A DNA stretch of 64,000 nucleotides from a virus: positions 1 to 64,000 of IMG/VR virus record IMGVR_UViG_3300049846_000430, one strand, 5' to 3'. Both the position numbers and the translations under genes were made by a program. Every line of letters begins with the position of its first letter. Position 1 is the first letter of the stretch. Under the pieces are notes generated by a model. It did no database searches and was not told where the DNA came from. It saw only the letters and a list, made by a program, of their open reading frames with translations. Shown one piece after another: positions 1-8,769 of this stretch.

Positions 1-97
1 CATCACGGTCCTACAAGGCAGGAGCGGCAGTAGTTTATACTAGTACCTTATATATATAGGTGTTCTTCTCTCTATGTATTTGTGTAACCCGGTTTGT

Positions 98-129
98 AAA
101 AAATAAGCCCCACCAGTCAAGGTGAGGCT
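98..129 (-). terminator. Rho-independent terminator (minus strand)
   Basis: 9-bp stem (106-114/121-129) followed on the minus strand by TATTTTTT. Confidence 0.7.
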
Positions 130-168
130 CTCATGTCTGAGATACTGGAGGGTAGCTTTCCCAGACAT
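98..168 (-). ncRNA. Putative ~70-nt small RNA (large-loop hairpin followed by intrinsic terminator)
   Basis: Minus strand reads TATATTTG (180-173), then the hairpin ATGTCTGGGA-[AAGCTACCCTCCAGTA]-TCTCAGACAT (168-133), then AGCCTCACC-TTGACT-GGTGGGGCT-TATTTTTT; both stems pair fully only on the minus strand (G-U pairs). Confidence 0.5.
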
Positions 169-172
169 ATTG

Positions 173-188
173 CAAATATATATCTTTG
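173..188. promoter_or_regulatory. Back-to-back Bacteroidota-type -7 promoter elements (TAnnTTTG on both strands)
   Basis: GCAAATATATATCTTTGC contains TATCTTTG on + (181-188) and TATATTTG on - (180-173); TAnnTTTG is the Bacteroidota primary sigma -7 consensus. Confidence 0.55.
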
Positions 189-192
189 CGGT

Positions 193-270
193 ATGACTGT
201 AGCACCCTTTGTTTTTATTTTTATTCTAGTGTGTATGTATATGTACCTGGAGCATGAGAGTAAAAAATAA
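193..270 (+). CDS. Putative 25-aa single-TM peptide (MTVAPFVFIFILVCMYMYLEHESKK)
   Basis: ATG 4 nt after the TATCTTTG element (leaderless); hydrophobic stretch followed by charged tail; below the ORF-track length cut-off. Confidence 0.35.
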   Translation: MTVAPFVFIFILVCMYMYLEHESKK

Positions 271-295
271 ACTTTTTTAATTTAAACTTTTATTG

Positions 296-303
296 TATGT
301 TTG
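296..303 (+). promoter_or_regulatory. Bacteroidota-type -7 promoter element TATGTTTG
   Basis: Matches TAnnTTTG, 19 nt upstream of the ATG at 323 that opens a long + strand operon. Confidence 0.55.
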
Positions 304-322
304 TGTTACAAAAGTTTAAACT

Positions 323-619
323 ATGTCAGAAGAAATCAACCAACCACAAGAACTCTCTAAAGAAGAGATTGCAAAAAGAAGAGCTGAGATCACATCTTTT
401 TACAAGGAGAGCATTGAGCATCTAAAGATCCAGGAGGAGTATGAGACTCTACTTCTGAAAATTGAAGAAGCTAGAGCTAAGAGGATTCAGGCTCAGATTG
501 CATTGGCCCAGTTTTATGGTGCTCAGGATTCTCACAATGAAGAAGCTGCTGATGACTTTGAAAGAGCTCAAGGCATGGAGCAGGATCTTCCTAAAAGAAC
601 TTTGAGAAGGACTGAGTAA
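323..619 (+). CDS. Hypothetical coiled-coil protein
   Basis: 98-aa E/K/Q-rich helical ORF, first gene of the operon. Confidence 0.75.
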   Translation: MSEEINQPQELSKEEIAKRRAEITSFYKESIEHLKIQEEYETLLLKIEEARAKRIQAQIALAQFYGAQDSHNEEAADDFERAQGMEQDLPKRTLRRTE

Positions 620-624
620 ACTCT

Positions 625-996
625 ATGGCTGTTGTTAACAGAGTAGAAGAGAAGGCAAAGGTTAGTATTGATGATACAATCCAGTATCAGATACTAACCT
701 ATTGCTTTTTCAGAGATGTTCAGATTAGTGGGTCTGATCTGAAGTGTTTGGCTGAACTGGCTAAGGCGGAGAGTGTTGAGCTCACCCAATTCTGTAAGGA
801 TGTTACTGACAAGGGAATATTTAAAAGTCCACAGTCAGCAAGGAATGCTATAACCAAGGCAGAGAAAAAGAACTTGGTTATAAAGAATGGGGTGAACAAG
901 AAAAAGATTTCAATCAATCCAGCCATGAATGTTCAGACCAAAGGTTTTGTTTTACTTGATTATAAGATATTAGGAAGTGAAACCCAAAAGTCATAA
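625..996 (+). CDS. Putative winged helix-turn-helix DNA-binding protein
   Basis: Helix-turn-helix-like SPQSARNAITKAEKKNLV followed by a beta-wing (KNG..KKKISINP). Confidence 0.55.
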   Translation: MAVVNRVEEKAKVSIDDTIQYQILTYCFFRDVQISGSDLKCLAELAKAESVELTQFCKDVTDKGIFKSPQSARNAITKAEKKNLVIKNGVNKKKISINPAMNVQTKGFVLLDYKILGSETQKS

Positions 997-1366
997 GATA
1001 TTCAAGAAGGGCATTGCAGAAGAAGTGGGTGTCCATCAAAATGTAGTTGATGACTTTATAGACTTTTATTATTCTAAGGTTAGAAAGAACTTGTCTGATC
1101 TAACCACACCTAGCATTACAGTAGCTGGGCTAGGTATCTTCCAGATAAGAAAGGGTAAGCTTAAGAAAGCAATCAAGAAAAACAAAGACATCATAGGTAA
1201 CCTTGAGAAGAGAACATATGATGGTATAGAGAAGCACATGGTGATAGTTGACAAACTAAAATCAATGGAAGCTGCTATGGGCATGATAGAAGAGGTAGAG
1301 GAGAAAAAGAAAGAATTTATAAAAAATAAAAATGAGAATAAAACAGGTACTAAAAGCAATCCGTAA
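977..1366 (+). CDS. HU/IHF-like DNA-binding protein
   Basis: IAEEVGVHQNVVDDFIDFYYSKVRKNL...SITVAGLGIFQIRK resembles the HU helices plus the GxGxF strand; very basic. Confidence 0.65.
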   Translation: MKPKSHKIFKKGIAEEVGVHQNVVDDFIDFYYSKVRKNLSDLTTPSITVAGLGIFQIRKGKLKKAIKKNKDIIGNLEKRTYDGIEKHMVIVDKLKSMEAAMGMIEEVEEKKKEFIKNKNENKTGTKSNP

Positions 1367-1655
1367 TGCGGACCAAATCTTTGAAGGTGTAAAGAACACT
1401 ATCTTCAAACAAGGAGATGTTGAACTCATTGCCAATGAGAGATGGAAGATTTGTAAGAACTGTGAGTTTCTTGATACTAAAGGAGACAAGTGTCTTATGC
1501 CTGGTACACAGCCATGCTGTGGAGAGTGTGGTTGCAGCATGGGATTTAAACTTAGGGCTTTATCATCCTCTTGCCCTAAAGACAAATGGTTTGCTGTAAT
1601 GACAGAAGAAGAAGAGGATAAACTAAATGACAGACTAGATGGCAATCAGCTTTAA
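1332..1655 (+). CDS. Small Cys-rich putative zinc-binding protein
   Basis: RWKICKNC...C...CCGECGC...CPKDKW pattern. Confidence 0.7.
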   Translation: MRIKQVLKAIRNADQIFEGVKNTIFKQGDVELIANERWKICKNCEFLDTKGDKCLMPGTQPCCGECGCSMGFKLRALSSSCPKDKWFAVMTEEEEDKLNDRLDGNQL

Positions 1656-2448
1656 AGAAGAAGGGCATCTTTACCAAAGCACAGATGGTGAAGACATCAA
1701 ATGGTTAAGTGTAACATCCTTTATAGGAATGTTCAAACCAAAGTTTGATCAACTGTCTCAGGCAAAGAAGTCTGCTAAGAACAAACACTCCAAGTGGTAT
1801 GGCATGGATCCTGCTGAAATTGTTAAGGCATGGGAAGCAGAAACAGACAGAGCCATAAAACTTGGTAACTGGTATCACAGCCAAAGAGAAGCTGATATAC
1901 TAGACTTTAAAACCATTGAACGTGATGGTATAGAAATACCTATTATCAAACCAGTAATTGAAGATGGTGTAAAGATTGCTCCCAATCAAAAGCTCACTGA
2001 TGGTATGTATCCTGAACATCTTGTTTATCTCAAGTCTGCCGGTCTATGTGGCCAGGCTGATCTAGTGGAGATCATAGATGGTACTATAAACATCACAGAT
2101 TACAAGACTAACAAGGAGATTAAGGAGTCTGGCTTTACTAATTGGGAAGGTATAACATCTAAAATGTACCATCCTGTTAGCCATCTGGATGATTGTAATT
2201 TAAACCACTATAACCTTCAGTTGAGTATTTATGCCTATATTATTAAAAAGCATAATCCAACTTTTAACATAGGTAGACTAACCATTCAGCATGTAAAGTT
2301 CAAACAGATTGGAACAGACTCAAAAGGATATCCAATTAATGAACATGTAAATGGTGAGCCGGTCATTGAAGATATCAAGATGTACAATCTACCTTATTTA
2401 AAAGATGAGGTGACAAGTCTGATAATGTGGCTAAAAGACAAAAAATAG
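1639..2448 (+). CDS. PD-(D/E)XK family (Cas4/RecB-like) exonuclease
   Basis: SVTS, GNWYH, E...GQADLV...ITDYKT catalytic motifs and the HYNLQLSIYAY (QxxxY) motif. Confidence 0.85.
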   Translation: MAISFKEEGHLYQSTDGEDIKWLSVTSFIGMFKPKFDQLSQAKKSAKNKHSKWYGMDPAEIVKAWEAETDRAIKLGNWYHSQREADILDFKTIERDGIEIPIIKPVIEDGVKIAPNQKLTDGMYPEHLVYLKSAGLCGQADLVEIIDGTINITDYKTNKEIKESGFTNWEGITSKMYHPVSHLDDCNLNHYNLQLSIYAYIIKKHNPTFNIGRLTIQHVKFKQIGTDSKGYPINEHVNGEPVIEDIKMYNLPYLKDEVTSLIMWLKDKK

Positions 2449-2648
2449 AATATCAATGGCCCAATGGTTACAAAGGACCAGTGAATACAACCATGGAGTT
2501 GTCCAAGTTGATTCACACTATCCATATTATAACCCCCAATGAAGAACAAATCTTTGAAGCATTACTATACTTTGACTACGTTAACTCTACTGAGATGCCT
2601 GAATTTACTAAACCAACCAACATAAAATTTAACTACAATGCTGATTAG
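2427..2648 (+). CDS. Hypothetical protein
   Basis: 73-aa ORF filling the gap between flanking genes, overlapping both; start uncertain. Confidence 0.45.
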   Translation: MAKRQKIEYQWPNGYKGPVNTTMELSKLIHTIHIITPNEEQIFEALLYFDYVNSTEMPEFTKPTNIKFNYNAD

Positions 2649-3156
2649 ACTATTTGACATTCAGAATGGAAAGGTAATTCCTACTGAACACTGCTATACA
2701 CTGAGTTTTTTAAAGGTGATCATGGATGAATATCCTGAGACATACCTTAATATATATCAATACCTTTATTATATGACCTGCCCCAATCCTGACAACAATC
2801 CATTTTTCAATGTACCGGAGAGTGAGAAGGAGGATATCATAATCCAGGAGATCAATATGGTGGAATCACCAGAAGATCCTATGATTATAAAGGCCCTGGC
2901 TATGTGTTCCAAGTTATATGAAACACCAACATACCGGGCATACAAAGGGATTAAGGCTATGCTTGATAGATTGGCCAGATACATGGAGACTACATCCATT
3001 GAACATGGTAGAGATGGTAACATTAATGCACTTGTAAATGCTGCTGCTAAGTTTGAACAGATCAGACAGTCTTACAAGGGAGCATTCAATGACATGAAAC
3101 AAGAACAAGAAAGCACTGTCCGTGGTGGGCAAGGCTTAGCATATGACCAATTATGA
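2638..3156 (+). CDS. Conserved phage protein upstream of TerL (candidate terminase small subunit)
   Basis: 172 aa, helical C-terminal half ending VRGGQGLAYDQL; position near TerL. The function is inferred from position only. Confidence 0.5.
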   Translation: MLIRLFDIQNGKVIPTEHCYTLSFLKVIMDEYPETYLNIYQYLYYMTCPNPDNNPFFNVPESEKEDIIIQEINMVESPEDPMIIKALAMCSKLYETPTYRAYKGIKAMLDRLARYMETTSIEHGRDGNINALVNAAAKFEQIRQSYKGAFNDMKQEQESTVRGGQGLAYDQL

Positions 3157-3395
3157 CACACAAAGAAAGAGCTGAAGAAATCTATCAGGAGATGTTTAAT
3201 ACAACACCTGACACATTGGCTTGGGGAACCAGACATAACATTGCTTTGGCAGCAGCAAAGAAAGCTGTGCACAGAATTTGCTTAGCATTGCCTGTATATC
3301 CATGTGATGATGTTACAATCACAACATCAAGAGGTGTGGTAGATTGTGCAATCTTGTATTGGAAAAATGTAAAACAAGAACTAGATAATTTATGA
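3153..3395 (+). CDS. Hypothetical phage protein
   Basis: 80 aa, ATGA overlaps with both neighbours (translational coupling). Confidence 0.7.
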   Translation: MTHKERAEEIYQEMFNTTPDTLAWGTRHNIALAAAKKAVHRICLALPVYPCDDVTITTSRGVVDCAILYWKNVKQELDNL

Positions 3396-3667
3396 GTAAC
3401 CAAATAGTAATTCCCGTAGGAAAGAAAGTACTGATCAAGCAGAAACAAGCTGAGATCTATTACCCTGGCACAAACATCATGATTCCGGAGACAGCAAGAA
3501 AGAAAGAATGTAAAGGTACAGTTGTAGGTGTGGGAGCTGAAGTAACAGAGATTAAGCCTGGTGATTCAATCATGTATGCTGATTATGCTGTACCAACAGC
3601 ACTAATCCATGAAGGTGAAGAGCATTTGCTTATTAATGCTGGAGATGTTTTTGTGATCTTTAAGTGA
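3392..3667 (+). CDS. groES: Co-chaperonin GroES (Cpn10)-like protein
   Basis: PVGKKVLIK...IMIPETARKK...GTVVGVG...IKPGDSIMY...EGEEHLLINAGDVF matches the Cpn10 signature. Confidence 0.85.
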   Translation: MSNQIVIPVGKKVLIKQKQAEIYYPGTNIMIPETARKKECKGTVVGVGAEVTEIKPGDSIMYADYAVPTALIHEGEEHLLINAGDVFVIFK

Positions 3668-5856
3668 TGTTCATAGAGGTACCAACATATGACAATGGAG
3701 TTTGGACAATTACATCCTTTGATACAAAAAAGGATTATGCAGACTTTATACTCCAGATATTTAAGGTGCCTGGGGAATACAACTTTAACAAGACCGCTCT
3801 TGTTTTTAATGAGCAGGCCAGAAACTTTACCAAATATGGTTTCTACTGCAGCAGTCCTTTTAGATCAAAGGATTATATAGACTACTGGGAAGATCAGAAG
3901 AACAAATGCAGAACCGGGGTTATCTATAAAGATGGCCCTGATACATGGTATCTCACCAGAGACTATTACATGTGGCTGAACTTTCTTCCAATCTTTGACA
4001 AAGAAGAAAAGAAATACGGCTTTGCAAAGGTTAGAGATGCACAGTATCACATGGCTCTTTATGAGTTGTTGGCTGAGTTGAACCATAAACACTCTGCTAT
4101 TCTAAAGAAACGTCAGATAGCAAGTTCTTACTTTCATATGGGTAAGATCATAAACCAATATTGGTTTGAAGAGGGTTCTATATGTAAGATAGGAGCTAGT
4201 CTTAAGGACTATATAAATGACAAGGGTTCATGGAAGTTTCTTGATGAATACAAGAGTTTCTTAAATGAACATACTGCGTGGTATAGACCATGTAATCCTG
4301 AAAAGGTTCTGTTATGGGAGCAAAAAATTGAGGTAAGAACCTCTGGTAATAGGAAGACAAGTAAAGGTCTTCATTCTAAAATACAAGGTGCATCATTTGA
4401 AAAGAGTCCAACTACTGGTGTAGGTGGTCCATGTACTTACTTCTTTCATGAAGAAGCAGGTATTGCACCTAAGATGAGTGAGACCTATGAATACTTGAGA
4501 CCAGCCATGGTATCAGGTATGATTACCACTGGTATGTTTATAGCAGCTGGATCTGTGGGTGATCTTGAACAATGTGAACCATTGAAAGATATGGTGCTCA
4601 ATCCTACAGCAAATGATATCTATGCTGTTGAGACAGATCTGATAGATGCTGATGGTACTATAGGTCTTGCTGGTTTGTTTATACCAGAACAATGGTCAAT
4701 GCCACCATTTATTGATGAGTATGGTAACTCACAAATAGAAGAAGCATTAGAAGCTATTACTGCGGAGAGGAAGGTGTGGAAAGCTGAATTAAGTGCTGAG
4801 CAATACCAACTGAGGATTTCACAAAAACCAACAAATATTCAGGAGGCATTTGCTTATAGGAAAGCATCAATCTTTCCTCAAGGACTTATTTCTAAGCAAC
4901 TCAAAAGAATTGATGACAAAGAATATTCTTATGAGCACATTGAACTCACCAGAATTAATGGAGAGGTTGTTCCAAACAGATCCAACAAACTACCAATCTC
5001 TTCATTTCCCATAGATAAAAAGATGACAGACAAGTCCGGTTGTCTTGTTGTCTGGGAAAGACCGGTTAAAGATCCTGGATTTGGCATGTACTATGCATCC
5101 ATTGACCCGGTTGGTGAGGGAAAGACCACCACATCTGACTCTCTTTGCAGTATATTTGTTTATAAGAATCCTGTTGAGATAAGCAGAGAAACAATAAATG
5201 GTCTTGAAACATTTATTGAGACAGACAAAATAGTGGCAGCATGGTGTGGTAGGTATGATGATATTAATGAAACCCATGATTTGCTATCTATGATAATAGA
5301 ATGGTACAATGCCTGGACTATTGTGGAAAATAACGTGAGTCTGTTTATTCAATACATGATATCTCAGAAAAGACAGAGATATCTAGTACCTAAAACTCAG
5401 ATACTTTTCTTGAAAGACTTAGGCTCTAATAACAATGTGTTTCAGGAATATGGCTGGAAAAACACCGGTACTCTATTCAAGACTCACTTGATATCATATG
5501 CTATTGAGTTTCTAAAAGAAAAGATAGATGAAGAAACTAATGAATATGGTGATGTTATAAAGTACACAGATGGGGTGGAGAGAATACCAGATGCTATGTT
5601 ACTTAAAGAAATGTTAGCATACTTTCCAGGTTTAAACGTGGATAGACTTGTAGCATTCTCAGCACTTATAGCATTTGCTAAAGTGCAGCAATCAAACCGT
5701 GGATATTTAAAAAGAACTGAATCTAATCCAAACAAATCCTTGGAAAAATCAGAAAATTTGTATAAATTAAAGTATTCCCCCTTTAAAAATTTGGAGAGGG
5801 GTGGAAGAAGTATGAGTAATAAACCAAAGAGATCAGCGTTTAAAAATTATAAATAA
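3664..5856 (+). CDS. terL: Terminase large subunit (ATG alternative start at 3667)
   Basis: Walker A-like LKKRQIASSY, Walker B YFFHEEAG, RNase H-like nuclease motif ASIDPVGEG and C-terminal NVDRLVA; directly upstream of the portal. Confidence 0.92.
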   Translation: MMFIEVPTYDNGVWTITSFDTKKDYADFILQIFKVPGEYNFNKTALVFNEQARNFTKYGFYCSSPFRSKDYIDYWEDQKNKCRTGVIYKDGPDTWYLTRDYYMWLNFLPIFDKEEKKYGFAKVRDAQYHMALYELLAELNHKHSAILKKRQIASSYFHMGKIINQYWFEEGSICKIGASLKDYINDKGSWKFLDEYKSFLNEHTAWYRPCNPEKVLLWEQKIEVRTSGNRKTSKGLHSKIQGASFEKSPTTGVGGPCTYFFHEEAGIAPKMSETYEYLRPAMVSGMITTGMFIAAGSVGDLEQCEPLKDMVLNPTANDIYAVETDLIDADGTIGLAGLFIPEQWSMPPFIDEYGNSQIEEALEAITAERKVWKAELSAEQYQLRISQKPTNIQEAFAYRKASIFPQGLISKQLKRIDDKEYSYEHIELTRINGEVVPNRSNKLPISSFPIDKKMTDKSGCLVVWERPVKDPGFGMYYASIDPVGEGKTTTSDSLCSIFVYKNPVEISRETINGLETFIETDKIVAAWCGRYDDINETHDLLSMIIEWYNAWTIVENNVSLFIQYMISQKRQRYLVPKTQILFLKDLGSNNNVFQEYGWKNTGTLFKTHLISYAIEFLKEKIDEETNEYGDVIKYTDGVERIPDAMLLKEMLAYFPGLNVDRLVAFSALIAFAKVQQSNRGYLKRTESNPNKSLEKSENLYKLKYSPFKNLERGGRSMSNKPKRSAFKNYK

Positions 5857-5858
5857 AC

Positions 5859-8615
5859 ATGCAAGTATTTAATGCAATGCAATTAAAGGCTGGTGCAAAA
5901 GCCCAGAGTGGATATCCAACCACTGCCAGTCTTACACAACCGGTACAATTCCTTCCTGCAAAAGAAAAAAATGATGACTGGGCGGCATGGAACCTAGACT
6001 GGCTTGAATTGCAGGGAATGTACTTCTTGAGAAAGAATGCCCGTAAACTTCTGAAGAACTACAAACTTGCAAAAGGTATTATTGATAAAACAGATTATAT
6101 CATTGAAGAAGACAATGAGTATAAGGATCTAGTGGATGTACTTACAAGAGAAGATAACTCTGCTCTTGAATTGAAGTTTTATCCTATCATTCCCAATGTA
6201 GTTAATGTACTTTGTGGTGAGTTCTCAAAGAGATTCAATAAAGTTCAATTCAGAGCTGTTGATGATCTTTCTTATAATGAGATGCTTGAGCAGAAGAGAA
6301 TGCAAGTTGAAGAAAACCTTCTTGCTGATGCTGAGCAAAAGTTAGTTCAGAGAATGATTGAGATGGGAGCTGATCCATCCAGTCCTGAAGTACAAGAGCA
6401 ACTTGCACCTGAGAATCTTAAAACACTTCCTGAGATTGAAGATTTTTTTAAGAAAGACTATAGATCTCTAGTAGAAGAATGGGCTACACATGTATATAAT
6501 GTGGATGAAGAAAGATTTAAAATGCAGGAGCTTGAAGAAAGAGGGTTCCGTGATATGCTTATTACTGATAGAGAGTTCTGGCATTTCAGAATGTTAGAAG
6601 ATGACTATGAGGTAGAGCTTTGGAATCCTGTTCTTACTTTTTATCAGAAGTCTCCTGATGCTAGATATATTTCAGAATCTAACTATGCTGGTAAGATTGA
6701 TCTGCTTACTGTAGCTGATGTAATAGACAAGTATGGTTATTTGATGAGTAAAGAGCAGCTTGAGTCTTTACAGAATATTTATCCTGCTAAGTCTGCTATA
6801 TATCAGGTATCAGGTTATCAGAATGATGGTACATACTATGATCCAAGCAGATCTCATGCATGGAATACTAACATGCCCGGTCTTGCATACAGACAGTTTG
6901 TAAGCCGGTGGGATACATCTCCTGAGTTTGGTGGTGATATTGTAACTGCTATTCTTGATGAAGGTGAAGATCTTCAGAACTGGCAGCAGGGTTCATTGAT
7001 GCGTGTAACTACAGTTTACTGGAAAACACAACGTAAGGTTGGTCATCTTATAAGAATAAAAGAAGATGGTGAGATTATCCAGGAACTTGTTGATGAAACT
7101 TACAAGATTACAGAAAAACCACTATATGATACCTCAGTATTTAAAAACAAAAACAAAGAAAACCTTGTTGCCGGTGAGCACATTGACTGGATCTGGATTA
7201 ATGAGGTATGGGGTGGTGTTAAGATTGGGCCAAATCTTCCAGCATTTTGGAGATCCAATATGTCTGACAACATCAATCCTATTTACTTAGGTGTTAATAG
7301 AAGTAAACCTGGACGGGTACCTTTCCAATTTAAAGGTGAAAAGACCTTATATGGATGTAAACTCCCTATAGAAGGAAGGGTATTCTCTGATAGAAACACC
7401 AGATCCACATCTCTTGTAGATCTGATGAAAGCATATCAGGTTGGTTATAACATGGTGAATAACCAGATAGCTGACATTCTTGTAGATGAATTAGGTACTG
7501 TAATTGTATTTGATCAGAATGCTCTTCCAAGACATTCAATGGGTGAAGACTGGGGTAAAGCAAACTATGCTAAAGCATACGTTGCTATGAAAGACTTTCA
7601 GATGCTTCCTTTGGATACATCTATTACAAACACAGAGAATGCCACAAACTTCCAGCATTATCAGACTCTTGATCTGCAACAGACAGGTAGATTGATGACA
7701 AGAATACAACTTGCAAATTATTTTAAGAGTCAGGCTTTTGAAGCTATTGGTGTCAATCCTCAGAGACTTGGTGCTCCTATTGCACAACAAACAGCAACTG
7801 GTGTAACACAAGCTTTGAATCAATCATATGCTCAGACTGAGATATACTTTACTCAGCACTCAGATCAGCTTATGCCAAGAGTGCATCAGATGAGAACTGA
7901 TCTTGCTCAGTATTATTATAGCAACAAACCCAGTTTGAGATTAAGTTACATAAGTAGTGAAGCTGAGAAAGTAAACTTTGTTATTAATGGCACAGATCTT
8001 TTACTTAGAGACTTCAATGTATTTGCTACAACCAAGACCAATCATAAGGCTATTCTTGATCAGTTGAAGCAATTGGCTATGACTAACAATACAAGTGGTG
8101 CTTCAATCTTTGATCTTGGAAATATCATCAAAGCTGAATCTATTGCTGAGGTTACTGGTATTCTTAAAGGTGCTGAAGAGAAAACAAACAACATCAGACG
8201 TGAAGAGATGGCTCAGCAACAGCAAATGCAGCAAGAAGCTCTGGCTGCTAAAGCTGAAGAGGAAAGAATGAAGCTTGAGTTTGAAGCTATGGAGAATGAG
8301 AAAGACCGTCAGAATGACATTACTATTGCAGAAATAAGAGCTGCTGGTTATGGTGCTGGGTTTGATATTAATCAAAACCAGATCAGTGACTATCAGGATG
8401 CAATGAAGCAGGTAAAAGAAGATGCACGGTACAGAGAAGATATAAGCTTCAAGAAAGAACAAGCAGCTATAAAGAACTCTATGGGTAAGAGCAAACTTGA
8501 CATAGATAGAGAGAAGCTAGCCACTGAAAGAGATATAGCAAACAAACAACTTGAGATTGCCCGTGTGAATAAAAACAAGTATGATGTGAAGGATGAGAAG
8601 AAGCCTAAGAAGTAA
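5859..8615 (+). CDS. Portal protein
   Basis: 918 aa after TerL; FYPIIPNVVNVLCGE and SLVDLMKAYQVGYNMVNNQI segments, AIGVNPQRLG, long coiled-coil C-terminal barrel. Confidence 0.88.
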   Translation: MQVFNAMQLKAGAKAQSGYPTTASLTQPVQFLPAKEKNDDWAAWNLDWLELQGMYFLRKNARKLLKNYKLAKGIIDKTDYIIEEDNEYKDLVDVLTREDNSALELKFYPIIPNVVNVLCGEFSKRFNKVQFRAVDDLSYNEMLEQKRMQVEENLLADAEQKLVQRMIEMGADPSSPEVQEQLAPENLKTLPEIEDFFKKDYRSLVEEWATHVYNVDEERFKMQELEERGFRDMLITDREFWHFRMLEDDYEVELWNPVLTFYQKSPDARYISESNYAGKIDLLTVADVIDKYGYLMSKEQLESLQNIYPAKSAIYQVSGYQNDGTYYDPSRSHAWNTNMPGLAYRQFVSRWDTSPEFGGDIVTAILDEGEDLQNWQQGSLMRVTTVYWKTQRKVGHLIRIKEDGEIIQELVDETYKITEKPLYDTSVFKNKNKENLVAGEHIDWIWINEVWGGVKIGPNLPAFWRSNMSDNINPIYLGVNRSKPGRVPFQFKGEKTLYGCKLPIEGRVFSDRNTRSTSLVDLMKAYQVGYNMVNNQIADILVDELGTVIVFDQNALPRHSMGEDWGKANYAKAYVAMKDFQMLPLDTSITNTENATNFQHYQTLDLQQTGRLMTRIQLANYFKSQAFEAIGVNPQRLGAPIAQQTATGVTQALNQSYAQTEIYFTQHSDQLMPRVHQMRTDLAQYYYSNKPSLRLSYISSEAEKVNFVINGTDLLLRDFNVFATTKTNHKAILDQLKQLAMTNNTSGASIFDLGNIIKAESIAEVTGILKGAEEKTNNIRREEMAQQQQMQQEALAAKAEEERMKLEFEAMENEKDRQNDITIAEIRAAGYGAGFDINQNQISDYQDAMKQVKEDARYREDISFKKEQAAIKNSMGKSKLDIDREKLATERDIANKQLEIARVNKNKYDVKDEKKPKK

Positions 8616-8769
8616 GAATTCACACATTAAAAATTTAAAATTAAGGGTAGTAAAAAAAGTTAGCTATATACTACACAAAATTAGTGTAGGGGTTCAAATT
8701 TATTAAGTTTAATTATTGAACTTTGCCTATATTAATTATGTACATAACAAACATAAAACCAACACAGTT

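Noticed and set aside
1639-2448. Cas4 as part of a CRISPR-Cas system
   Set aside because: No cas genes or array nearby and no Fe-S Cys cluster; a stand-alone phage PD-(D/E)XK nuclease is the simpler call
3664-5856. Intein or intron in the terminase
   Set aside because: Single uninterrupted 730-aa ORF with no intein splice motifs or homing endonuclease signature
8716-8769. ORF-track TTG starts at 8716 and 13956
   Set aside because: The extensions overlap promoter-like motifs and A-rich leaders; downstream ATGs at 8770 and 13992 are more plausible
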